A stretch of DNA of 64,000 bases from Octopus vulgaris (Eukaryota): NCBI GenBank assembly GCA_951406725.2, contig OX597815.1, positions 129,208,001-129,272,000 of the forward strand, in the 5' to 3' direction. Positions 24,061-34,935 of this stretch are shown one piece after another; position 1 is the first letter of the stretch, and each line of letters begins with the position of its first letter. The notes under the pieces were generated by a model. It was given only the letters and a program-made list of their open reading frames with translations. It was not told the origin of the DNA and did no database searches. The position numbers and the translations under genes are program-made.

Positions 24061-24200
24061 ACGTGTGCGTGTGTGTAAAATTTAGATTCAGATGAATACG
24101 GTACTTAAATTAAAGGCACCAGAATTTAGTAAGGTATTATCCATATAATTCAAAATGGGGTGATTATAATCAAAATAAGCAACAAGGATTTCCAGAGGTA

Positions 24201-24289
24201 ATGCAGTACGATCGTTTCATGCGGCTTCATTTAATTGAATAATGCAAACATTACATCAATTTAAAATGTAGAGCAATCTTCAGCTGCAT
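24201..24289 (-). ncRNA. Type I hammerhead ribozyme, intact core
   Basis: ATGCAG-CTGAAGA-tTGC...GCAt-GAAAC-GATC-GTA-CTGCAT. Perfect 6 bp stem I, palindromic ACGATCGT stem III, GUA cleavage site (cut between 24207 and 24206). Confidence 0.88.
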
Positions 24290-24318
24290 AAAAATATAGA
24301 ATTTAGTTAGATTCGAAG

Positions 24319-24360
<42 letters not shown>

Positions 24361-24579
24361 CATCATCATCATTGTTTAATGTCTGTTTTCCATGCTGGCA
24401 TGGGTTGGACGGTTTGACTGAGGACTTGTGAGCCAAAGGCTGCACCAGGCTCAGTAAAAATTTAGATTCAGATGAATTAGGCACTTAAGTTGAGGCACCA
24501 GAATTTAGTACGGTATTATCCATACAGTTTCAAAATAAGGTGATTAAGGTCAAAATAAGCAACAGGATATCCAGAGGTA

Positions 24580-24666
24580 ATGCAGTACGATCGTTTCAAG
24601 CAACTCCATTTCATTCACAATGCAACCATTACATCAATTTAAATGCAGTGCAATCATCAGCTGCAT
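24580..24666 (-). ncRNA. Type I hammerhead ribozyme, intact core (second tandem copy)
   Basis: ATGCAG-CTGATGA-ttGCACTGCATTT...AAATGGAGTTGCtt-GAAAC-GATC-GTA-CTGCAT. Confidence 0.85.
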
Positions 24667-25249
24667 AGATACATAGATTTAAATTAAGTTAAAACAGATG
24701 GACACATTAATATAATGAGATAGACAAAGGAGATAGACAAAGAACATGCTGTTTTCACTTCAGCTTAGAAGCTACTAAGCTTATCATTGTTTTTTGGGGT
24801 TAGTTTTAATTTATAGTGTTGTTTATCAAATCTTTGTATATCAAAAATCTAAGGCCAAGGAACAAGGAACTGTGTCTATAAGGAAAGGGGCTGAGGGAGT
24901 TGGCAGAAATCATAGTGGGTATAGTCATAAAACTATCAAGATAAATTTGAAGCAATATAATGAGATTTGGTAAAGGAAATCTTAAATCAAGATGCTAGTT
25001 GTCAATTAAAGAGGCAAGACTCTAGTAAACCAATGATGATAATACAGGGGAAAGTTTATCATGGAGTACTATAGTCGAATATTTTAAACAATATTGCTAT
25101 ATTGTATATATGGGATATATGATGCCTATATATATACATGCATATATATATATGCATGTCAGTGCTGGTGTTTCTGCCACTTAATGCGTTGCTGTCACTT
25201 AATGCATTGTTGCTGCCTCCACCATTGCCATTCTTGTTGCTGATGTTAT

Positions 25250-26520
25250 TTGATGAGCCACTGCTGCTATTATTCTGGTTCATCTTCTTTAGCCTCACAT
25301 TCGCCTCCTCCAATGGGCAGCCACTGTATTCTCTGCATGAGCAACCAGCCTCTGCTCTTGTTTTATAGGCGTTTAACAATATTCTTTTCATAGTGGATGC
25401 ACAACTAAAGGAGACCCTTAGGTTCTGCCTATTCAACAAACATCAATACCTGTGTCTCTGTATAAAGCGCTTGTCTAATGACCTAAGGAATATTCCTCCC
25501 ACACATTTTAACATTGAGTGAGAAGGATGGGGCAAACCAAATGACATTCTGGTATGCTTCATTTTCTGAGTGCTAGGGTCCAGTTTATAGGAGATGTGGT
25601 CCTTAAACCCACTGGAATCCAGGGCCTCATTGTAATAGGTAGTCACGGTGTCAAACATGTTTTTGATTCAAGGACAGATTTGAGATCCTCTTGCTGACAC
25701 CCTTCACTTAGTTCCTAAACATGATACATGGGTGGCAGGAGGCGGTGTTGATGTACAATGGCCTCTTGTTTGGTTTGCAGTAAGCTTCAATTGTTATTTT
25801 GAGTCCCATGGAACCTAGAGCACTACAAGGGTGTGCCCAATGGTTATTCTAGAGATGGCCAGGGTATCATCTTTGTAGAGATCAAAGAGGACTGAAGGGA
25901 ACTTCTTCCCTAAAATGTCCAGGACATATAGCTCAATGAGGTCACAAATGTCAGTGCTGTTGTAAGCTCCCATTGCCACATTGAAGGAACATTTGAGGTC
26001 AGCTTGCTTGACTCAGACGGAACCTTTATTAAACAGCACCATTTTCCTGGTGTGCATGTCTCTATCATTAATGTCAGTGAAACCCCTAGCAAAGCAAAGA
26101 GCCTTGATCAGTAACCCTTTTGATATAAACAGGTTAAAGTCAACTAGTTAAATTGGGTGAACCTTACTCTACTTCTCACCTAGTTGACATTAAACCATGA
26201 AATCTCCTTGTTGGTGCTGTGCCATAAGGAGAAGTTGGAAGCTCTCCATATGTTGTCATTGATCTTCTTTAGTATATATTTACTCACCAGACCAATCTCA
26301 GATTTGGCTGGGACAATCAGGTAGCACTCGGGGTTAGAGGAAAGGTTCAGTTTATGCTCTTTGATTGTGATGAAGGCATTCCTCTTGGCTAATATTTCTA
26401 CTATACTGGCTACACCTTGGCTATTGGCTGTTTGGCTTCACTGTTAATATTGTTGTATGTGTGCAGAGAAGCACACCTATACTTCTGTGATATGCAATCA
26501 TCTAAAGGTCTATTGTAAAT
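25250..26520 (-). mobile_element. Decayed Penelope-like RT fragment
   Basis: Minus-strand relics TIKEHKLNLSSNPECYL, VAMGAYNSTDICDLIELY, LYKDD, YYNEALDSSGFK, NLRVSFSCASTMKRIL, CSCREYSGCPLE. Confidence 0.85.
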
Positions 26521-29184
26521 GTATCTATATACACAGACACACACACACACACACACACACATATATTATCATAATCATTAGATGTCCATCTTCCATGCTT
26601 GTATGAGTAGGACAGTTGACAGGAGTTGGCCAGATAGAAGACTACCCCAGGCAACAGTGTCTGTTTTGGCAGGGATTTTACAACTGGATGACCTTCCTAA
26701 TACCAACTACTCTGCAGAGTGGACTCAGTGCTTTTTATTTGGCACTAGCACAGGCAAGGTTAGTTTTGGCATGATTTTTACAACTAGATAACCTTGCGAA
26801 TGCCAACCACTTTACAGTGTGGAATGGGTGCTTTTTACATGGCACTAACACTGGCAGGGTCACCAAGTAACTTGCAAGACAAAGAATTTTGAGACGGGGT
26901 CATTGAAGGAGAGGATCTTGTGTCAGATGATGAAAGGTAAGAGAATGACAGAGAAATAGAGAGGCAGATGTCTTGCTATAGGGGAGGTACATGATTATTC
27001 AATGAGAAAGAGACAGCGAGAAAGAGAGAGAAGAGAGGGAAAGAGAATGAGAGGCGGAAAGAGGGAAGAGAGAGAGGAAGAAGTATGAGAAAGAGGACAG
27101 AAAGAGTATACACACACACACATATATATAAAATCATCATCATCATTGTTGTTTAATATCCAGCAAGAAATAGTATATCAAGTGTAAAATATACAATCAA
27201 AATCTAGCAACCTCAATAATAAGCGAATGAAAAATATAAAATCAAAACTGTTAAACCAGGAAGCTAAATGTAGTATGTACAGTGAAAAAATACCATGAGA
27301 AAATAACTAATGATATCATAAACTGGACTTTCATGAGAAATTCTTTGCAAACCTTTACATCACAAAGACGCCATTGAAAATACACTTTAATTGAATTCTA
27401 GCAAAAATCTAGGGCATAACTATTTCGTATTAAAGTCATGAGGACTGGAGTTTAACAGACACATTTGTCTGAATATTTAATTGATATATTAAGCACTATA
27501 AACAAAGCAGCATTTAAGAGTGTGTTTATTTTTATAGGGATATTTTTTTCTTTTGATAGACATATGGCAGGGACTTGTGTATGTACATTTGTATAATAAT
27601 ATCTTTTACCTTTTAAGCGCAGTGAACAAAAAGTAACAGTTTCATTATTTTATAAATACATTTTCAATAAACTGCATATTATTATATATTTGTTATATAA
27701 AAAATCCAGTGAAAGAAAGTGTAAATGAATTGATATGGATATATATATATATATATATAGGATATTAGCAAACTAGGTTATTAGCAAATATTTTGTCAGT
27801 TAAAAGGTACACATGGGTGTGTTACTAGATAGAAAGATAAGAAAACATTCCATATAGATTATAATTAAATAAATAAATTCATCATCATCATCAACATCAT
27901 CCTTTTATACCCATTTTTCAAGGTTTGCATTGATAGGACAGGTGTTCTCCATTTATCATAGTCCCATACCATCACCTTTGTGAATGTCAACAATCTGATA
28001 GCCTTCCTTACTTCTATCTTCTGCAGATATTATAACTTGGATAATTTGGCACTTCACCACACTATCACCTTTTATGCACATTGCATGTCCATACCAGTGC
28101 TGTTGTCTCTCTTACACAATGCAGTTGATTCTGCTTAAACCAATTTTTTTCCATAGCAATTTTGTGCTCCTTTATTCACATAAGCTAATGTTGTGCATCT
28201 CATAAAGCATGTTCAACCTCTACATATCTTCCATATATATAATGGTCATATTTCACTACCAAGCATCTTTTTATATGGCTTGTGCATCCCTACAAAGCCA
28301 TTAATCTACCCAGCTCCATTTCCTCAGTGGCCACCAAATTACACATAGAACCCAGTCAAAGTCTGTCTCCAAGTGAACACATGCAAGATGTAGTGGCTTC
28401 CTCTTAGCTAAGAACTTTTTCTATAGTTGTCTCAGCAGATTCCAGATATGGTAATATTTTCCCCTACTACAGACATCTTTTTTCACAGAATATTGTAAAG
28501 AAATGACACAACATTTGTTGTCAATAAGCGCATGATGTCAACACAAGATACACATACACACTCATGGGCGCATACATACACACACATATATAAACATTAT
28601 GTACATATAAATATACACACACACACACACACACTCTTTTTCAGTTTCCATCTATCAAATTCACTTACAATGCTGACCAACATGTCTGTTGAAGTCGCTA
28701 GCCACAATAACAGTATCAAAGTCAATTGTTATTGAGGTAACTTACACAAGGATTTCATAGAAGTGGTCTTTTGTTCTTCAAATTAATCCCATTTCTAGTG
28801 TATATACAAAGATAAAAGTTGCTGTTGAGTTGTCGCATCTTAATTATCTTACTATACATCTTAACATTATCCATTTCTCAGCTCAATTAGTTTATTCATT
28901 TCTCAGCAAGCAGTATGCCTTCCCAACACCTGCTGTCACTTTTGCTTGCCCAAAAGAATTTGTATTACTGCTTTTTGCTTGTGAGGAGTTTGGTTGAGGA
29001 TCCATTCCACTTTAACTGTTGCATACAACACACACCTACTCATTTCCACAATCTTACTAAATCTACCTTTCATTATGCCTAAATTGTTGGTTGCATCCCC
29101 AAAAATTGAAACTGAAAGAAAGAGGGCATGAAATTTTGGTGGTAAAGCTGTTTGATGACACATATATATATATACACACACACA

Positions 29185-29470
29185 TGGTCGATGCCAGCGC
29201 CGCCTTGACTGGCTTCCATGCCAGTGGCATGTAAAAAGCGCTAATCAATCGTGGCCATTGCCTGCCTCCCCTGGCACCTGTGCCAGTGGTACATAAAAAG
29301 CACCCACTACACTCTCGGAGTAGTTGGCATTAGGAAGGGCATCCAGCTGTAGAAACACTGCCAGATCAGACTGGAGCCTGGTGCAACCTCCTGGCTTCCC
29401 AGACTCCGGTTGAACCATCCAACCCATGCTGGCATGGAAAACGGACGTTAAACGATGATGATGATGATGT
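29185..29470 (+). mobile_element. RTE-tail repeat
   Basis: aaaagcacccactacactctcggagtagttggcattaggaagggcatccagctgtag...catggaaaacggacgttaaacgatgatgatg. Confidence 0.88.
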
Positions 29471-29564
29471 ATGTGCATATGTATGTGTATACATATATAT
29501 GTGTGTGTGTGTATGTGTGTGTGTGCATGTATGTATGTATGTATGTATGCATATACGTGTGTAT

Positions 29565-30065
29565 GTATGTTATTGTTCAGTTTTATTTCAATATTTCTTG
29601 CCAATAGAGAAAGAGCTGGTTTCTAACCTAGATCCAAGGTCCCTACATTGGAATTTCAACATCAACAACAGGATATTTTTGCTTGAATGAATGTGTGTGT
29701 ATGTATGTATGTATGTATGATGTATGTATGCATGTATGTATGTATGTATGCATGTATGTATGCATGTATATATGTTTATGTGAAGATTTGTAAGTTTTAT
29801 TTTATGTATGTATTCTCAGGCATATAGTTGCATATCTAGACATGCTCATATATATTTAAATGATAAACTTCCATCTATGTATGTATGAATCTATGTACGT
29901 ACATATGTACATATATATGTATGTATGTATTTATGTATGTATGCCATTGTTCAGTTTTATTTCATGATTTTTTGCTAATACTGAAAGAGCTGATTTCTAA
30001 CCTAAATCATTGGATTTTCAACATCAACAACAGGGTATTTTTGTTTGTTTGTATGTATGTATGCA

Positions 30066-30113
<48 letters not shown>

Positions 30114-30205
30114 GATTTGTATGATTTGTTTTATGTATGTATTCTCATGCATATAGTTGCATATCTAGTCATGCTTGTACATATTTAGATGATAAACTTC
30201 TTTGT
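29565..30205. repeat. Two diverged tandem copies of a ~300-370 bp microsatellite-containing unit
   Basis: ttgttcagttttatttc...gagctg.tttctaacct...caacatcaacaacagg...gcatatagttgcatatctag...gataaacttc at 29571-29871 and 29947-30200. Confidence 0.8.
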
Positions 30206-30997
30206 ATGCATATATGTATGTGTATCTCATCGTTATCATTATTTTTTAAAGCTCGGGGTCCAATGAGTTGAAGGACTGCTTCATGCTCCAGTGCCTGTTT
30301 TGCATGGCTTCTATGGCTGGTCACCCTCCCTAGAACCAACCACTTTACAGAGTGTACTAGGTACTTTTATGTGTGTGTGTACATGTGTGTGTGCTATGTG
30401 TGGTGTGGTAAGAAGTTTGTTTCCCAAATACATGGTTCCAGTTTCAATCCCATTGTGTAGCATCTTGGACAAGTGAACATAGCCTCTACTATAGCCACAG
30501 GCCAGCCAAAACCTTGTGAGTTGATTTGGTAGACAAAAACTGGTGGCTGGTGCCAGTGTCACATGCTGATAGCACGTAAAAAGTACCCTTCAAACATTGA
30601 GCGATATGTTGTGCTTGAGAAGACCAGTGAAGCCAAGTGAAATCATAGTCATGGCCAATGTCAGTGTTGCATAACTGGCATCCTTCGAATGTTGGGCCTC
30701 ATGGAGGCAGTGACAAGTGACTGAAAACTTTGGCAATACAGCGTGCTTGAGAAGGCCTGTCAAGCCAAGTGAGATTGTAGTCATGGCCAATGCCAGTGTT
30801 ACATAACCTGCACCTGTGCCAGTGGCACATAAAAAGCATCCACTACACTCTTGGAGTGGATGGCATTAGGAAAAGCATCCAGTGTAAAAACCATGCCAAA
30901 ATCAGATTGGAACCTGGTGCAGCCCCCCACCTTACCAGTTTTAAGTCAAACTGTCCAACCCATGCCAGCATGGAAAACAGACATTAAATGATGATTG

Positions 30998-31039
<42 letters not shown>

Positions 31040-31299
31040 AGAGAGAGAGAGAGAGAGAAAAAAAAGAGGTGTGTGTGTGTATCTTTGTGTCTGTGTTTGT
31101 CCCCTACAACTGTCTGACGATGGTGTTGGTATGTTTACATCACCGTAACCTAGCAGTTCAGCAGATGATTCTGACAGAATAAGTACCAGGCTTTAAAAAA
31201 AAGTACTAGGGTCAATTCATTTGACTGAAATTCTTCAACGCAGAGACCCAGTAAAAGACTGATGATAAAAGATGTGTGTGTGTACATATAAAGGCAACA

Positions 31300-31960
31300 T
31301 CACTCCAAACAACCCTTAAACATGAGCACCACTTAGCTAGAGTTTTCACAATTGCGTCAATTGTTGGATCTCACTAACATTCAGGATCCCCTCTGATGAA
31401 AGTACATCCTTAACATAGCTAGGAATGCACTCCAATGAGGCTTTTCTTTGCAGAACAAGATGGTACTTCGGTCCTCAACAATTATTGATATTCTACAAAG
31501 TTCAACTGAAGCCCATAGTGGCATATTACTCTCATATCTGGAACTATACTACTGCTGTACATATAGACATCCTAGACTGGATATAGATAGTAGCTACCCA
31601 ACTGAACAGCATAAATTTATTCAATAACAAGTACCAGGCTCTAGCTCATAGGCATGCTGTCTCCTCTCTTAACATCTTTACCAATTACTATAATGTTCCT
31701 TAGAGCTGGCTAGTCACATCCCACTTCACTCGTGCACTCTCATCCTGCTCATCCTTCCTCTTCTTATCACCCTTGTTGTGTTCAATCCTCACCCAGGCCC
31801 AACAATAATTGTTACACACCTAGTCCTCCCTTCCCAGAACATTGGCCATTGGGAATTCCCTCCCAGTTCATATTTTTCCTGCAAGTGTTGACTTACAAAG
31901 ATTCAAGAGGAACATTAATGGTATTAATCACACTGCTCTAAGGTAGGGAATCTGTAAAGA
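31300..31960 (+). mobile_element. Highly decayed CR1/L2-like LINE 3' fragment
   Basis: Relics resembling L.LYK.Q..P...Y.SHIW and L.HR.AVSSL..F..YY. Confidence 0.5.
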
Positions 31961-32166
31961 CTATGGACAGTTATCCTTTCTTCAAGTAATGTGTGTGTGT
32001 ATTTATTTAATCAACCTAAATTACAAAGTGACTCAAAAGCTGAGAGTTTCATGCATTGCCACTCATCAAACCTATATAAATAGACATATATATGCCTACA
32101 TATATTTCATTTCAATATATCTACCTAAATCAATCTGGAAAGAGAAAGGAAACACAAAGCACTTAC

Positions 32167-32232
32167 CTGAACAAAGAAGGCAGCAAAAAATGCAACTCTC
32201 AGCACAAACAGCTTTGGTTGCCTATCAGCCAT
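32167..32232 (-). CDS. First coding exon (signal peptide) of an FN3-repeat cell-surface protein; full exon 32167-32290 including 5' UTR
   Basis: Minus strand reads ATG GCT GAT... = MADRQPKLFVLRVAFFAAFFVQ (basic n-region, hydrophobic h-region), then CAG|GTAAGT donor in phase 0. Acceptor tttcag| at 32291-32292. Joins in frame to the 18709 exon (VVFS...), completing a signal peptide. Confidence 0.85.
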
Positions 32233-32451
32233 ACTCTTATTCTTAGATTGTCACTTGGACAATGGAACTACCTCAGTGATGCTGAAAACCCTGAAATATT
32301 CAATGCAAGAAACATGTACATATAAGCCTTAAAGAACATATCAAAGCATAAATTAAATACTGATAAGAGAACAGTAAATTTTAAAACAAAATTTATATTA
32401 ACATTAAAATTAACATTTCTTTTTTTAAATTAACTGAATTTTGCTTACACA

Positions 32452-34360
32452 AAACCCAACAAATTAGGGAGAGAGTCTGCTTAGATGAGATGCAGTTTGG
32501 TTTTGTGCCAGGTAGAAGCACCACTGATGCTATATTCCTGGTACAGCAACTGCAGAAGAAATACCTAGCCAAAGATAAACCTCTATACTTGGCTTTTGTT
32601 GACCTGGAGAAAGCCTTTGACAGGGTCCCCACTAATCCCTTATCTGGTGGGTGATGTGGAAACTGGGGATTTCTGATTGGTTAATAAGAGCTGTACAGGC
32701 CTTGTACAGGGATACCGTTAGTAATGTAAGGGTCGGCAATGAATATAGCAAAGAATTCTGGGTAGAAGTAGGGGTTCATCAAGGATCAGCCATCAGCCAA
32801 TTCTTATTCATCATAGTCCTCCAGGCAATAACAGAGGAATTCAAGACAGGCTGCCCCTGGGAGCTCCTCTATGCTGACTTTGCTCTCATAGCAGAATCAC
32901 TACCAAAACTAGAGAAGAAATTTCAGGTGTGGAAGCAAGGTTTAGAATCAAAGAGCCTAAACATTGAAGAGTCGATGTTGCAAAAACCAAAGTCCTAATA
33001 AGTAGGAAGGCAAACACATCACAAACCCCTTCAGGTAGATGGCCCTGCTCGATCTGTAGAAAAGATGTAGGCAGAAACTCCATAAGATGTACCCAGTGTA
33101 AGCTATGGACACACAAGAGGTGCAGCAACATCAAAGGAAGGTTAACTGGGAAGATAGCTTTTGTGTGCAGCAAATCCACAGGGGCAATAAACGCCACAGA
33201 TGCTCAGAAAACAGATTCCATCACATGCCAGGGGAAGAAACTAGAAGTAGTTGATAGTCTCCACTACCTAGGTGACCAAGTCTGCAGTGAGGTGAATGTT
33301 CAGAGAGTGTTGCCACTAGAATAAGAATAGCCTGAGTAAAGTTCAGAAAGGTCCTACCTCTACTGGTGACAAAGGGCCTCTCACTCAGAGTGAAAGATAG
33401 ATTGTACGATGCATGTGTGCAAACTGCCATGCTACACGGCAGTGAAACATGAGCCATGACTGCTGAAAACATGTGTAAACTCGAAAGAAATGAAGCTAGT
33501 ATGATATGCTGGATGTGTAATGTCAATGTGCACACACAACAGAGTGTAAGCAACCTGAGAGAAATCAGATGTGGTGTGCAAGAGAGATGACTGCACAGCT
33601 ATGGTGATGTGCTACGTATGGATGAGGAGAGCTAACAGTGGAAGGAACCTGTGGAAGAGGGAGACTCAGGAAAACATGGGATGAGGTGGTGAAGCATGAC
33701 TTTCAAATGTTGGGCCTCACAGAAGCAATGATGAAAGACCGAGACCTCTGGAAATGTGCTATGACTGAGAAGGTCTGGCAAGAAAAGTGAGATCACAGCT
33801 GTAGCCTACACCAGTGTCACATAACCAGCCCATTTAGAAAGTACCTTTGAATCGTCAGGCAACATGCCGTGCTTCAGGAGACCTATTTAGTCAAGTAAAT
33901 CAAATGGAAATTATACTTGTGGCCGATACCAGCGCTGGTGGCATGCAATCAGCACCATTCATATGTGGGTCACTGCCAGAGCTGCTTGACTGGCTCCCCA
34001 TGCTGGTGGCAGATAAAAAGCACTATCCGAATGTGGTTGAAGCCGTCCCCCTCCACCTCAACTGGCTCCTGTGTCAGCGGCATGTAAACAGCCCCATCAG
34101 AATGTTGCCGATGCTAGTGCTGCCTGACAGGCTCCCATGCCAGTGGTACATAAAAAACACCCACTACACTCTCAGAGTGGTTGGCATTAGGAAGGGCATC
34201 CAGCTGAAGAAACATTGCCAGATCAGATTGGAGCCTGGTGCGGCCAACTGGTTTGCCAGATCAGATTGGAGCCTGGTGCAGCCAACTGGCTTGCCAGTCC
34301 CCAGTCAAACTGTCCAACTCATGCCAGCAGGGAAAATGGATGTAAAACGATGATGATGAT
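32452..34360 (+). mobile_element. RTE LINE remnant (RT domain to 3' tail), same family as 18778-20150
   Basis: QFGFVPGRSTTDAIFLV, AFVDLEKAFDRVP, VGVHQGSAIS, LLYAD, a Cys/His-rich segment, the RTE C-terminus, ~60 bp units and a (GAT)n tail. Confidence 0.92.
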
Positions 34361-34714
34361 TACATTGCTTTTTCTCTGCATATTCCGATTTAATATCTAT
34401 TTTTTTTTTTTAATCAGTTGGTCAAATAAAGTGATAAATGACTCAAGTTGTCTTAAAGTGGTTATTAACTTAGTTAAGGGTCATTACACACAATATAATT
34501 TTCAGTTTGATGCATTGTACTTATGGGTGAAAGGGGCTTGGGTTAGCAGTTAAGAAGTTCACTTTACAATCAAGAGGTCCTGGAGTTGATCTACTGCATA
34601 GTATACAGGGAAGGCATATTTTCCCACAACCTCAGTTTGATTCAAGCCTTGTAAGTGAAAGTGAATAGACAGAAACTGTATGGAAGCCCATCAGATGAAC
34701 TACTAGTTATTTAA

Positions 34715-34935
34715 CCCTTTCGTTACCAACCTGGCTGAAACCAGCTCTGGCTCTGAGTACAAATGTCTTGTTTTTATAAGTTTTGAATTAAAATCTTCCA
34801 CCAAACCTTAGTCACAATTTATATTCCTAACACTTGCTGAATGATAATTAAGTTATTTTACTAAATTCTTTTGTTATATTTAACGTAATTGAAAGAAACA
34901 CAAAGCATCTCATAATAAATACAGTAACAAAAGGG
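34715..34935. mobile_element. piggyBac-like MITE
   Basis: TTAA-CCCTTTCGTTAC...GTAACAAAAGGG-TTAA (TTAA target duplication, CCC termini). Confidence 0.8.

Larger units (their letters stand above)
24075..25110 (-). mobile_element. PLE 3' end with duplicated ~240 bp hammerhead-bearing repeats
   Basis: Direct repeats 24075-24320 and 24455-24690, separated by (TA)n and an RTE-tail fragment. Upstream on minus lies a weak GIY-YIG-like relic (FKIFDYSTP...GLLESCL). Confidence 0.65.

Noticed and set aside
31392-31405. CTGATGA motifs (also 40391, 57243)
   Set aside because: They lie inside LINE, mariner or Helitron sequence without the paired stems and GAAA-NUH arrangement.
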